Source: Bacteroidota bacterium (GTDB taxonomy: Bacteria; Bacteroidota; Bacteroidia; AKYH767-A; OLB10). Taken from it: a DNA stretch of 64,000 bases. Below the pieces are notes generated by a model. It was not told the origin of the DNA. It saw only the letters and a list, made by a program, of their open reading frames with translations, and searched no databases. Where the stretch lies: contig JADKFV010000002.1 of the NCBI GenBank assembly GCA_016717325.1, positions 135,661-199,660 of the forward strand. Direction: 5' to 3'. Positions within the stretch are counted from its first letter, which is position 1, and each line of letters starts with the position of its first letter. A program made the translations under genes and the position numbers. Of this stretch, positions 42,480 to 53,070 are shown piece after piece.

Positions 42480-45400
42480 ATGCAAAAAATTTTTACTTAT
42501 CTAAAACTGTGTTTTGTTTTACTGTGTGTAAGTGTTACACTAAGTCATGCACAAAACGGAAGCATTGCCGGTAAAGTTTCCGACATAAATAAACAGCCTT
42601 TGCCGGGCGTAAATATAGTTATTGAAAGTACTACCAAAGGTTCGGCAACTGATGTTAATGGAATGTACAATATTAAAGATGTGTCTCCGGGCAAGTATAC
42701 CATTGTTGCAACTTTTATAGGTTTCAATACCATTAAAAAAGAGGTAGTGGTAAATGCAAATGCTGTTACTACAGTGAACTTAACCATGACAGAAAACACT
42801 GTGCTGCTAAACGAAATTGTAGCCGTAGGTTATGGTACTACCAAGAAAAAGGATTTAACAGGTAGTGTTACATCGCTTAGTACAAAAGATTTTAATGTGG
42901 CCACAGTGTCATCGCCCGAACAATTGATTCAGGGTCGTGTTGCCGGTGTTCAAATAATCAGTAATAGTGGTGCACCGGGTGCCGGTAGTCGTATACGCAT
43001 ACGCGGAGGCACATCGCTCAATGCCAGCAACGACCCTCTTATTGTAATTGATGGTGTACCAGTAGATAACAATACTTTGTCAGGCGCCTCGAGCACATTG
43101 GCACTTATCAATCCTGATGATATCGAAAATATGACAGTTTTAAAAGATGCATCGGCAGCCGCAATTTATGGTTCGCGTGCTGCAAATGGTGTAATATTAA
43201 TTACTACTAAAAAAGGCTATGGCAAAAAATTTGGCGTATCATATAATACTACAAATTCTTTATCGACCATAGTTGGTTATGTTCCGGTATTCGATGGCGA
43301 TCAGTTTCGTGCACTTGTAAACAAAGGAGGCACCGCAGCACAAATAAAATTATTGGGCGATGCCAATACAAACTGGCAAAAAGAAATATACCGTAAAGCG
43401 TTTACCACCGATCATAATATTTCGTTTGGTGGTGGCATTGCTACAGTACCTTATCGTGTTACATTAGGTTACCTTGGACAGGAGGGTGTTTTAAAAACAT
43501 CGAAAATGGATCGCTATGCATTAGGTTTCAATATGCAACCATCATTGCTGAAAGACAAATTGAAAATAAATTTGAACTTCCGTTATGTGATGAGTAAAAA
43601 TGAATTTGCTAATGTTGGCGCAATTGGATCGGCAGTAGCATTTGATCCTACTCAACCGGTAAATAGTGATACCACTTCGCTTGGTGGATATTTTGAATGG
43701 ACCGATGCGGCAGGCACTCCAAATCCTTTAGCGCCACGCAATCCTGTAAGTTTGATTTTGCTTCGCGATGATTTAAGTAACGTTAACCGTACTATTGGAA
43801 ATGTGCAGTTAGATTACTCTATACCTATGGTGTCAGGATTACGCACTGTGCTCAATCTTGGTACCGATCTTCAAAGTGGTAAAGGGACCGTATTTGTGCC
43901 AAAAGAAGCCGGAGCAAGTTATAATAAAAACCCGCGCTTAAGCGGCTCGTGGAACGAATATGACCAAAGTAAATCCAATCAACTATTGGAATTTTATGTA
44001 AACTATAATAAAGAGTTTGCCAAAATAAAAAGTAGATTCGATGCGGTAGTAGGATACTCTTATCAAATATGGCTGACCGAAACACCGGCTTTTCCCCGTT
44101 ATAATGCCGACAGAGATACCATAGTTGCAAAGGCCGGCCTTGCTGCCAAAACCGATAATGTTTTATTGTCGTATTACGGTCGTCTGAATTATACATTTAA
44201 TCAAAAATATTTGCTCACTGCAACTTTGCGTCAGGATGCATCATCACGATTTAGTAAAGATGTACGCAATGGATATTTTCCATCGGCAGCACTTGCATGG
44301 CGAATAATTGACGAACCATTTATGAAAAACGCAAAAGTGTTTTCCGATTTTAAACTTCGCCTTGGATATGGTATTACTGGCCAGCAGGATGGTATAGCAG
44401 ATTATGGTTACATACCAAACTACAGCGGAAGTAATGCCACAGCCTATTATGTTTTTGGTGGCGATACAGTACCATTATTGCGTCCCGATGGATACGATGC
44501 TAACCTGAAATGGGAACAAACGGCAACAACAAATTTTGGTTTGGATTATGGTTTTTTTAACGGACGCATTTATGGTAGTATCGATATTTATAAAAAAGTT
44601 ACATCCGATTTATTGGCTACCATACCGGCACCTGCAGGAAGTAACCTCACAAACAATATCCTTACCAATGTTGGAAGCATAGAAAATAAAGGATTTGAGT
44701 TTAGTGCCAATTTTGTTCCTTACGATAGCAAAAAATTCTTTTGGGAAACAGGATTTAATTTCAGCATAAATAAAAATACAATTACAAAATTATCGAAAGT
44801 ACAAAACCCAAAAGACCAGGGAATTTTTAGCGGTGGCATTGCCGGTGGTACGGGAAATACCATTCAGATAAATTCTGTGGGCTATCAGGTTTTCGATTTT
44901 TACTGCCTGCAACAATTATACGATAACAACGGAAATCCAATTGTGCCAACAGGCGATGCAGTGAAAGATACTTTGGCATTTGCCGATTTGAACAACGATG
45001 GAAAAATTACCGGTGACGACCGTTATCGTTACAAAAACCCTGAGCCAAAATTATATGCCGGATTTTATACACGCTTTGGATACAAAAATTGGGACTTAGG
45101 ATTTTTCCTTCGTGGCAGTTTCGGAAATTACGTTTACAATAATGTGCAATCGCAACGTGGTGTATTCGATCAAATTGGTTCTAATTATTTATCGAACCTC
45201 ACTACAGATTACGAAAATACATTGTTTCAAAAAACCAAAGACTACGTTTACTTTTCTGACTATTATGTAAAGAAGGCATCCTTTATTCGTTGCGATAATC
45301 TTAACCTTGGTTACAATTTTAAAAATGTATACAAAGACAAAATATCCTTACGTGCATCTTTCATTATTCAAAATGTTTTTGTCATTACAAAGTATGATGG

Positions 45401-45488
45401 TCTCGACCCTGAACTTGCAGGTGGTATCGATAATAACATTTACCCCCGTCCGCGTGTTTACTCTATTAACTTAAATGCTAGATTTTAA
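42480..45488 (+). CDS. SusC/RagA-family TonB-dependent outer-membrane transporter.
   Basis: Signal peptide. CarboxypepD_reg-like N-domain (GKVSDINKQPLPGVNIVIESTTKGSATDVNGMYNI). TonB box NEIVAVGYGTTKKKDLTGSV. 1002 aa. C-terminal ...SINLNARF. Confidence 0.9.
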   Translation: MQKIFTYLKLCFVLLCVSVTLSHAQNGSIAGKVSDINKQPLPGVNIVIESTTKGSATDVNGMYNIKDVSPGKYTIVATFIGFNTIKKEVVVNANAVTTVNLTMTENTVLLNEIVAVGYGTTKKKDLTGSVTSLSTKDFNVATVSSPEQLIQGRVAGVQIISNSGAPGAGSRIRIRGGTSLNASNDPLIVIDGVPVDNNTLSGASSTLALINPDDIENMTVLKDASAAAIYGSRAANGVILITTKKGYGKKFGVSYNTTNSLSTIVGYVPVFDGDQFRALVNKGGTAAQIKLLGDANTNWQKEIYRKAFTTDHNISFGGGIATVPYRVTLGYLGQEGVLKTSKMDRYALGFNMQPSLLKDKLKINLNFRYVMSKNEFANVGAIGSAVAFDPTQPVNSDTTSLGGYFEWTDAAGTPNPLAPRNPVSLILLRDDLSNVNRTIGNVQLDYSIPMVSGLRTVLNLGTDLQSGKGTVFVPKEAGASYNKNPRLSGSWNEYDQSKSNQLLEFYVNYNKEFAKIKSRFDAVVGYSYQIWLTETPAFPRYNADRDTIVAKAGLAAKTDNVLLSYYGRLNYTFNQKYLLTATLRQDASSRFSKDVRNGYFPSAALAWRIIDEPFMKNAKVFSDFKLRLGYGITGQQDGIADYGYIPNYSGSNATAYYVFGGDTVPLLRPDGYDANLKWEQTATTNFGLDYGFFNGRIYGSIDIYKKVTSDLLATIPAPAGSNLTNNILTNVGSIENKGFEFSANFVPYDSKKFFWETGFNFSINKNTITKLSKVQNPKDQGIFSGGIAGGTGNTIQINSVGYQVFDFYCLQQLYDNNGNPIVPTGDAVKDTLAFADLNNDGKITGDDRYRYKNPEPKLYAGFYTRFGYKNWDLGFFLRGSFGNYVYNNVQSQRGVFDQIGSNYLSNLTTDYENTLFQKTKDYVYFSDYYVKKASFIRCDNLNLGYNFKNVYKDKISLRASFIIQNVFVITKYDGLDPELAGGIDNNIYPRPRVYSINLNARF

Positions 45489-45508
45489 TTTTTAAAACAT
45501 ATATCAAA

Positions 45509-47089
45509 ATGAAAAATAAAATGACAACATACTTCGCTGCTGTGGTTGCACTCACCATGGTAGCTACATCGTGTACCAAAGACTTGGATCGCGAACCATA
45601 TTATGGATTGAACGCTGCCAACGTTTACGAAACACCTGCAAATTACTATAAGGTATTAGCAAAATGTTATGCCGGTTTTGCTTTAACCGGAAATCAGGGA
45701 CCAGCCGGTTCGCCCGATATAACCGGATTTGACGAGGGCTCTTCGGGTTTCTTACGCACCATGTGGAACTTGCAGGAACTCACCACCGATGAAGCCGTTT
45801 GTGGCTGGACCGACCCCGGTGTGCCCGATTTGCACAACATGTCATGGAGCAGCGAAAATGTATGGACCAAATTCATGTACTACCGCATGTATTACGAAAT
45901 ACCATTGTGTAACGAGTTTATTCGCGAATCGAGCGATAGTAAACTGGAAACCAAATCATTTTCGGCAGAAGAAAAAAAGAATATCCGCTTGTACCGCGAA
46001 GAAGCGAGATTTTTACGCGCACTCGCTTACTATTATGCGTTAGATTTATTTGGCAATGTGCCCTTTGTTACCGAAGATGACCTCACCGGAGCTACATTGC
46101 CAAAACGAATTACCCGTGCCGATTTGTTTAATTACGTTGAAAAGGAATTACTCGCAATAGAAGCAACATTATCAGAACCACGTACAATTGCCTATGGCCG
46201 TGCTGACAAATCTGCTGCACGTTCTTTATTAGCACGTTTGTATTTGAATGCCGAAGTTTACACGGGCACCAAAAAGTATACAGAAACCGTTAATTACTGC
46301 AACAAGGTAATTAATTCAGGGTATCAGTTAGACAGTGTATACCGTCATTTGTTTCAGGTAGAAAACGATAAGAGTCCCGAAATGATTTTCCCTATTGTAT
46401 TTGATGGTCGCTATACTCAAACATATGGCGGCACTACTTATTTGACACATGCAGCTGTTGGTGGGTTAATGAACAAAAAGAAATTTGGTATCAACGGAGG
46501 TTGGGCAGGTTTGCGCACCACTTCGGCTTTTGTAAATCAATTTGCCGATACTATTGATGGCCGGTATTTATTTTTTAAAGATGGTCAAAGTCTTGAGATT
46601 AACGCCATTGGCACTTTTACTGACGGATATGCCATTGCAAAATGGAGAAATGTTACATACGATAAAGACTCTACCAGCGGTTCGGATGGCACAGGAAATT
46701 TCGTTGATATCGATTGGCCCATGTTCCGCCTTGCCGACATATACCTGATGTATGCCGAGGCTACTTTGCGCGGAGGTGCTGGTAATGCAGCTACTGCATT
46801 GGGATATGTAAATGCCTTACGCGAACGTGCTTATGGCAATAGCAATAACAATCTTTCAAATATCGATCTCAATATTATTTTGAACGAACGTGCAAAAGAA
46901 ATGCATTGGGAAGGAACACGCAGATCAGATTTAATCCGCTTTGGTTTGTTTACAACCTCCACATATTTGTGGCCATGGAAAGGTGGTGTAAAAGATGGGA
47001 TTGCTGTTGGCGATTTCCGAAATCTTTTTCCTATTCCTGCTTCCGATTTATCGGCAAATTCTAACCTGATACAAAACCCTGGATATTAA
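45509..47089 (+). CDS. SusD/RagB-family outer-membrane nutrient-binding lipoprotein.
   Basis: Lipobox VATSC. Size and helical TPR-like composition. Lies immediately downstream of SusC. Confidence 0.85.
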   Translation: MKNKMTTYFAAVVALTMVATSCTKDLDREPYYGLNAANVYETPANYYKVLAKCYAGFALTGNQGPAGSPDITGFDEGSSGFLRTMWNLQELTTDEAVCGWTDPGVPDLHNMSWSSENVWTKFMYYRMYYEIPLCNEFIRESSDSKLETKSFSAEEKKNIRLYREEARFLRALAYYYALDLFGNVPFVTEDDLTGATLPKRITRADLFNYVEKELLAIEATLSEPRTIAYGRADKSAARSLLARLYLNAEVYTGTKKYTETVNYCNKVINSGYQLDSVYRHLFQVENDKSPEMIFPIVFDGRYTQTYGGTTYLTHAAVGGLMNKKKFGINGGWAGLRTTSAFVNQFADTIDGRYLFFKDGQSLEINAIGTFTDGYAIAKWRNVTYDKDSTSGSDGTGNFVDIDWPMFRLADIYLMYAEATLRGGAGNAATALGYVNALRERAYGNSNNNLSNIDLNIILNERAKEMHWEGTRRSDLIRFGLFTTSTYLWPWKGGVKDGIAVGDFRNLFPIPASDLSANSNLIQNPGY

Positions 47090-47124
47090 TTTTGGGTTTT
47101 TTCTCTAATAGAAAATTTGAACAT

Positions 47125-47162
47125 AGCCGCAAAGCACTTACACTTTGCGGCTTTGTTTTTTT
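47125..47162 (+). terminator. Rho-independent terminator after susD.
   Basis: agccgcaaag...ctttgcggct hairpin followed by ttgttttttt. Confidence 0.55.
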
Positions 47163-47180
47163 ACTTTATACTATAAATAA

Positions 47181-48823
47181 ATGACATCATTTATTCGCTT
47201 CAAAATTTTTAAATTCAATATTGTACAAAATAATTTGTCAGGCACATTTTGTAAACCATTATTTTGTTTCTTGACACTGCTATTAATTTCAACATCAATA
47301 TTGGCACAAAATAAAAGTATGAATGATAATGCTAAATCAGCACAACAAAACCTTACTGCAAGTTTTCCTAATTGTGTTTTTTACGAAATATTCATTCGCT
47401 CGTTTTGCGATTCCAATAATGATGGAATAGGGGATATACCCGGCATAATTTCGAAATTGGATTACTTACACGATTTGGGTATCGAAGGAATTTGGCTTAC
47501 ACCTTTTAATCCATCGCCAAGCTATCACAAGTATGATGTTACCGATTATTACAATGTTGATGAAGAATATGGAACATTGGATGATGTGCGCGAACTTATT
47601 ACAGAAGCACACAAACGCAATATAAAAGTGATAATGGATTTTGTGGTGAACCACACTTCGGTGCAACACCCTTGGTTTATAGAAGCACAAAAGAGTAAAA
47701 CAAATGCTTACCACAATTATTATACTTGGGCCGATGAAAATAATTTACCGGGCGAAAAACATTGGTGGCATTTTTTACAAAGCAATTCGAAACAAACCAT
47801 TGAAGGTGAAAAGTATTTAGGTTTTTTTGACCGTTCCATGCCCGATTTAAATTACGATAACAATGATGTACGAAGCGAAATAATTAAGGCCGGGAAATAC
47901 TGGCTCAAAGATATTGGCATGGATGGTTTTAGACTTGATGCAGCAAAGTGGATTTATATGCCCGGCAACGAAAAGACAAATTATAGCTGGTGGCAACAGT
48001 TTGTTTCCGAAATGAAAAAGTAAAACCTTCAGCTTTTTTGTAGGTGAAATTACCGATAAAAATATTGCCACAGCACCATACCTTAAAGATGCACTTACTT
48101 CTGTTTTCAATTTCGAACTTGCCGAAAAAATAGTTGAGACCGTGCAAACTTATACCGATAGTGGAATTGTAAGTTTAGTGAATGATTCACGCCATCTTTT
48201 TCGAGAATAATCCCGGATTTATTGATGCAACTTTCATCACCAATCATGATCAGGATCGAATTGCTTCGTTTACAAACGGTGACGAAAATAAAACGAAAAT
48301 GGCTGCAGCAATATTACTCACCTTGCCCGGTTCACCATTTATATATTATGGCGAAGAACTTGGTATGACAGGCAAAAAACCCGATGAGCAAATCCGTGAA
48401 CCTTTTTTGTGGAATGATGATGCAATTGATGCCGGCCAGACTTCGTGGATAAAAGCAAAATACAGTGTGGAGCAAAATGTAAAACCACTGTCATTCCAAA
48501 TTATAGATGGCAACAGCATTTACGCTTATTATAAGAAATTAATTTCAATACGCAATCAATCTCTGGCATTGCGTGTTGGTGATCTGGTTTCTTCGGCATT
48601 GAGCTCCGATAACTTTTTGGTCTATCAGCGGGCTGTAAAACTTAATAGCGCAATTGTTATACATAACTTGCAAAGCGAATTAAAGGTGGTAGATTTGTTT
48701 TCTATTGCAAAAGGAAAATATAAAATTTTATTTGCCACATCATCTGTCGACATAACGGGAGGAAGCATAATAAAGGTCCCGCCATACTCGTCTGTTATAA
48801 TTGATGTAACCGATTTGAAATAG
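47181..48823 (+). CDS. GH13 alpha-amylase. Two frameshifts, at about 48015-48020 in an A5 run and at about 48150-48200.
   Basis: DFVVNHTS (region I). GFRLDAAKWI (region II, with the Asp nucleophile). ITNHDQDR (region IV) in the downstream ORF. The middle piece SAFFVGEITDKNIATAPYLKDALTSVFNFELAEK (region III, carrying the Glu) lies in a third frame. Confidence 0.8.
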
Positions 48824-48956
48824 ATTGAAGCAATTCAATAATTGAAATTGAAAAGGAGATAAAATTGAAAAAGTAACTATAGTAGTATACGAACAAGTAT
48901 TAAAATTAAAATTGAGCCGAAGTAACATTTTATAACATAAATTAATTTTAAAAAAT

Positions 48957-49976
48957 ATGATAAAAAATTTGAACACATTAAAGTTGATGGTTGCCATAGC
49001 TGTACTATTTGCAACTGTATCTTGCGGAAGCGATAAGCCGAAAAAAATTCGTATTGGTTTTGCCATGGATACCTACACCGAAGAACGATGGAAAAAAGAT
49101 GCCGAATTTTTTAAACAAAAAATAGAAGCACTTGGTGGAGAAGTTGAAGTGCAGGCATGCAATGGAAACGAACAGGTACAGAATCAACAAATAGAAAATT
49201 TTATAACCAAACAAGTGGACCTTATTCTGATAGTGCCTCACAACAGCAAGACATGCGCTACTGCAGTAAAACAAGCCAACGAAGCCAATATACCCATCAT
49301 TGCTTACGACAGAATGATAAAAGATTGCGATATAAGTATGTACATATCTTTCGATAATGAAAAGGTTGGCGAAATGCAGGCAACATACGCAACACAGGTT
49401 GCGCCAAAAGGAAATTATTTATTGGCCGGAGGATCGGCCACGGACGAGAATGCAATATTATACCGCAAAGGTCAAATGAATATTTTACAACCATTTGTCG
49501 ATAAAGGCGAAATAAAAATATTGATAGATCAATTTTGCAAAGATTGGTTGCCTGTTGAGGCTTTGAAACTTACACAAAATGCACTTACACTTTCCAATAA
49601 TACAATTGCTGCAATAGTAGTTGCAAACGATGGCCTGGCAGGTGGATGCATACAAGCCCTCACTGAGCAGCAGTTGCAAGGCAAAGTACCTGTTACTGGA
49701 CAGGATGCAGAAATTTCGGCCATACAACGCATATTGGATGGTACTCAAAGTATGACTGTATATAAGCCCGTAAAGATACTTGCCGAAACAGCAGCCGAAG
49801 TTGCAATGGGCTTAGTGAAAAAAGCATCAACAATTGCCGAAACAAAAAAAATGAACAATGGTGTGAAAGATGTACCAAGCATTTTGTTAACTCCGGTAAT
49901 GGTAACAAAAGAAAACATTGAAGCCACCGTAATTAAAGATGGATATATAGACAAATCGAAATTGAAGTTTCAATAA
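48957..49976 (+). CDS. Periplasmic sugar-binding lipoprotein of a CUT2-type ABC transporter (XylF/RbsB-like).
   Basis: Lipobox ATVSC. Type-I periplasmic binding protein fold composition (IRIGFAMDTYTEERW..., PIIAYDRMI). Confidence 0.8.
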   Translation: MIKNLNTLKLMVAIAVLFATVSCGSDKPKKIRIGFAMDTYTEERWKKDAEFFKQKIEALGGEVEVQACNGNEQVQNQQIENFITKQVDLILIVPHNSKTCATAVKQANEANIPIIAYDRMIKDCDISMYISFDNEKVGEMQATYATQVAPKGNYLLAGGSATDENAILYRKGQMNILQPFVDKGEIKILIDQFCKDWLPVEALKLTQNALTLSNNTIAAIVVANDGLAGGCIQALTEQQLQGKVPVTGQDAEISAIQRILDGTQSMTVYKPVKILAETAAEVAMGLVKKASTIAETKKMNNGVKDVPSILLTPVMVTKENIEATVIKDGYIDKSKLKFQ

Positions 49977-49985
49977 TTAAATGTC

Positions 49986-51488
49986 ATGTACTTACAGATA
50001 AAAAATATAAATAAGTTTTACGGCAATACACATGCATTAAGCAATGTTTCGTTCGATGTGCGCAAAGGAACCATACATGCTATATGTGGTGAGAATGGTG
50101 CCGGCAAATCTACGTTGATAAAAATCTTGTGCGGCCTTATACCTCATGGCCAGTATGAAGGAAGTTTTACGATTGATGGTGTAGAAAAAAAATTCTTTAC
50201 CATAAATGATTCGCGCAAAAGCCGCATAGCTGTTATTGCACAGGAACTTGCCTTGGTGCCCGAGATGACGGTGGCCGAAAATATTTTTCTTGGCAACGAA
50301 CCCCGTAAAAATTTTATTGTCGATAAAGATAAAATGTATGACCTGGCTTCGCAAGCTATGCTTCAATTGCAATGCGATATAGGTACACATACACAGGTAA
50401 AAGAATTGGGAATTGGTAAGCAACAGATGATTGAAATTGCAAAGGCCATTTCGAAAAATGCCGAAATATTAATTCTTGACGAACCTACTGCTGCACTTAC
50501 AGAACAGGAATCGACAACGCTTTTGAATTTACTTTTACAATTAAAAGACAAAGGTGTTACGTGCATTCTTATTTCTCATAAGCTCAAAGAAATATTAAAA
50601 GTATCGGATGATATCACTGTGCTGCGCGATGGTTCAACAGTGTGCACCATGAAAATAAGTGAAACCACCGAAATAGATTTGGTAGCAAAAATGGTGGGTC
50701 GTACTATGGTCGATTTTTTCAGTAAGGAAAAAATCGACATTGGTAAAGAAGTATTACAAATAAAAAATTTGAGCTCCACTTTGCGCAATAAAAAAGTGAT
50801 GCATTCAAATGTAAATGTGAATGTACATGCAGGTGAAATAGTAGGCATTGCAGGCCTGATGGGAAGCGGCCGCACCGAACTTTTGCAAATATTATTTGGT
50901 GCCCATGAGTTCATTGTGGATGGCAGTATAGTTTTGAACGGAGATAAAATTTTGCCACAAAATCCGCAACAAGCCATAGAAAAAGGAATAGCATTAATTA
51001 CCGAAGATCGTAAGCAGTATGGTTTATTTCTAGAAAACGATATTGTGTTTAATTCGACAATAGCATTTTTAAAAAGCTTTACTGCAAACAACCTGATGCA
51101 AAAAAAGGAAATGGAAAGTTATGCCAACGAAAACATACAACAACTAAGAATAAAAACAAATGATGCCGCCACCAAAACCGGAAGTCTTAGCGGTGGCAAT
51201 CAGCAGAAAGTTGTGTTTAGTAAATGGATGAAAAAACTGCCTCATCTATTGCTTGCCGATGAACCCACACGTGGAATAGATGTAGGCGGCAAGGCCGAAA
51301 TTTATAAAGAGATTTATCGGTTGGCGCGGCAGGGAACTGCGGTTTTGGTAGTATCGTCCGACCTACTGGAGTTGATAGGCATATGCGACCGAATGTATGT
51401 AATGGCAAATGGTGAAATAAAAGTTTGCCTCAACCGGAATGAATTTGATGAAAAAATAATTTTAAAACACGCTTTAAATATTTCATAA
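49986..51488 (+). CDS. Sugar ABC transporter ATP-binding protein with duplicated nucleotide-binding domains (XylG/RbsA-like).
   Basis: Two Walker A (GENGAGKST, GLMGSGRT), signature (LSGGNQQK) and Walker B (ILILDEPT, LLLADEPTRGID) sets. 500 aa. Confidence 0.85.
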   Translation: MYLQIKNINKFYGNTHALSNVSFDVRKGTIHAICGENGAGKSTLIKILCGLIPHGQYEGSFTIDGVEKKFFTINDSRKSRIAVIAQELALVPEMTVAENIFLGNEPRKNFIVDKDKMYDLASQAMLQLQCDIGTHTQVKELGIGKQQMIEIAKAISKNAEILILDEPTAALTEQESTTLLNLLLQLKDKGVTCILISHKLKEILKVSDDITVLRDGSTVCTMKISETTEIDLVAKMVGRTMVDFFSKEKIDIGKEVLQIKNLSSTLRNKKVMHSNVNVNVHAGEIVGIAGLMGSGRTELLQILFGAHEFIVDGSIVLNGDKILPQNPQQAIEKGIALITEDRKQYGLFLENDIVFNSTIAFLKSFTANNLMQKKEMESYANENIQQLRIKTNDAATKTGSLSGGNQQKVVFSKWMKKLPHLLLADEPTRGIDVGGKAEIYKEIYRLARQGTAVLVVSSDLLELIGICDRMYVMANGEIKVCLNRNEFDEKIILKHALNIS

Positions 51489-52597
51489 TGACAGCAAAAT
51501 TTTCTCTCAGTAAAATTGGCAATGTACGCTCGTTAACTTTAATAGCAGCATTGGCTTGTATATGTATCGTATTTCACTTTGCCACCGATGAAGTATTTCT
51601 ATCGGCACGAAATTTTTCGAACCTCATGCGACAGGCATCCGTTGTGGGCATTGTTGCATGCGGAATGGTGATGATAATTGTATCGCGCGAAATTGACCTT
51701 TCTGCAGGTTCGGCAGTAGCACTTGCCGGAGGATTGGCGGCCATTGCAAATGTGCAATTTCAAATGCATCCCGCCATGGCCATAGGAGTAGCCTTAGCTG
51801 CCGGATTGCTTATTGGCGCTATAAACGGACTATTGGTGGCCTATACGCGCATCCCTGCATTTATTGTTACCCTTGGCGGCTTGCTGGTTTACAGAGGCCT
51901 TATCAAAGGTTTTACTCAGGGCGAAACCATTGGCCCGGTGAGCGAGGGTTTTCAAATGTTCGGAACCGGATTTGTACCATCGTATATAGTGTATGTTGTA
52001 CTGGCAATAAGTATTGGTTATTTTTTGTATCATGCGTTTAATAATTTTAAAAACAAGAATATGATTAATGCCATAAAATATATTGTATTCTCTTTGTTGG
52101 CCATTGCTTTTATCATGATGTTTTTAAATTATAAAGGATTGCCTGTACCTGTTTTGATTGTGCTTATTGTGGCATTGGTGGTTTCGTTTGTAATGGAAAA
52201 CGTTCCCTTTGGACGATACATTTTTGCTATAGGCGGCAACCGCGAAGCTGCATTTTACTCCGGTATAAATATTCGCAAACAAATATTTCGTGTGTATATA
52301 TTGATGGGCTTGCTCATTGCTATAGCCGGTATAGTTTACACAGCACAACTGGGAAGTGCAACATCGGCCGCAGCACGCAATCTCGAACTCGATGTGATTG
52401 CTGCCTGTGTAATTGGCGGTTGCAGTTTGCTGGGCGGCCGCGGAAATATTTTCGATGCATTGTGTGGCGCACTCATTATGGCATCGCTCGACAATGGCAT
52501 GAGCCTTCTCAATGTGCAGGATTATATTCAGGATGTGATAAAAGGAGTTATACTTGTATTAGCAGTAGGAATCGATATGCTCAATAAAAAGAATTAA
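51488..52597 (+). CDS. Sugar ABC transporter permease (XylH/RbsC-like).
   Basis: Polytopic membrane protein. Start overlaps the ATPase stop. The typical branched-sugar permease C-terminal motif GGRGNI is present. Confidence 0.8.
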   Translation: MTAKFSLSKIGNVRSLTLIAALACICIVFHFATDEVFLSARNFSNLMRQASVVGIVACGMVMIIVSREIDLSAGSAVALAGGLAAIANVQFQMHPAMAIGVALAAGLLIGAINGLLVAYTRIPAFIVTLGGLLVYRGLIKGFTQGETIGPVSEGFQMFGTGFVPSYIVYVVLAISIGYFLYHAFNNFKNKNMINAIKYIVFSLLAIAFIMMFLNYKGLPVPVLIVLIVALVVSFVMENVPFGRYIFAIGGNREAAFYSGINIRKQIFRVYILMGLLIAIAGIVYTAQLGSATSAAARNLELDVIAACVIGGCSLLGGRGNIFDALCGALIMASLDNGMSLLNVQDYIQDVIKGVILVLAVGIDMLNKKN

Positions 52598-53013
52598 ACT
52601 ACCAGCAAACAGAAACAAGCTGGGCTGAAAAAGAGAGGATAGCTTTTCGGCATTACATAACTAAACAGTCTTTTTTCAAAGCCATGCAACTTCTGGTTAA
52701 AGTCAATTTTGCTTTTTGGGTTCTTTAACTATAAGTATATACGTCAGTTTACTCTTTCTAATAATATGAAATTATATTTTTGTTAGGTTATGTCAACAGT
52801 GGTGCTGTAATTTTATTTGCTTAGTATAATTTAAGCGGCTTAGTAATTCCAAACATAAAATGTGAAACAACGAATAAGAATTACGCTCGAAAGCTTTACG
52901 AAACTAAATTTGGAATTTGTGTTTGAAAATTAGACGTGTTGTTTTTCAAAAAAAGTTAGTGGCTTGTAATTAATTATAACCTGTTTTTGGGGATAGGGGA
53001 GTAGTAAGTTGAA

Positions 53014-53060
53014 ATAAAAAAAAACTTGCAAGGCAAACAATTTATGCCTTGCAAGTTTTT
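53014..53060. terminator. Bidirectional rho-independent terminator.
   Basis: A10 run, then hairpin cttgcaaggca...tgccttgcaag, then ttttt. Confidence 0.5.
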
Positions 53061-53070
53061 CAAATTGCGA

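Noticed and set aside
52598-53070. 473-bp intergenic region checked for tRNA or small RNA.
   Set aside because: No GC-rich stems or conserved tRNA boxes are recognisable. It contains only a bidirectional terminator.
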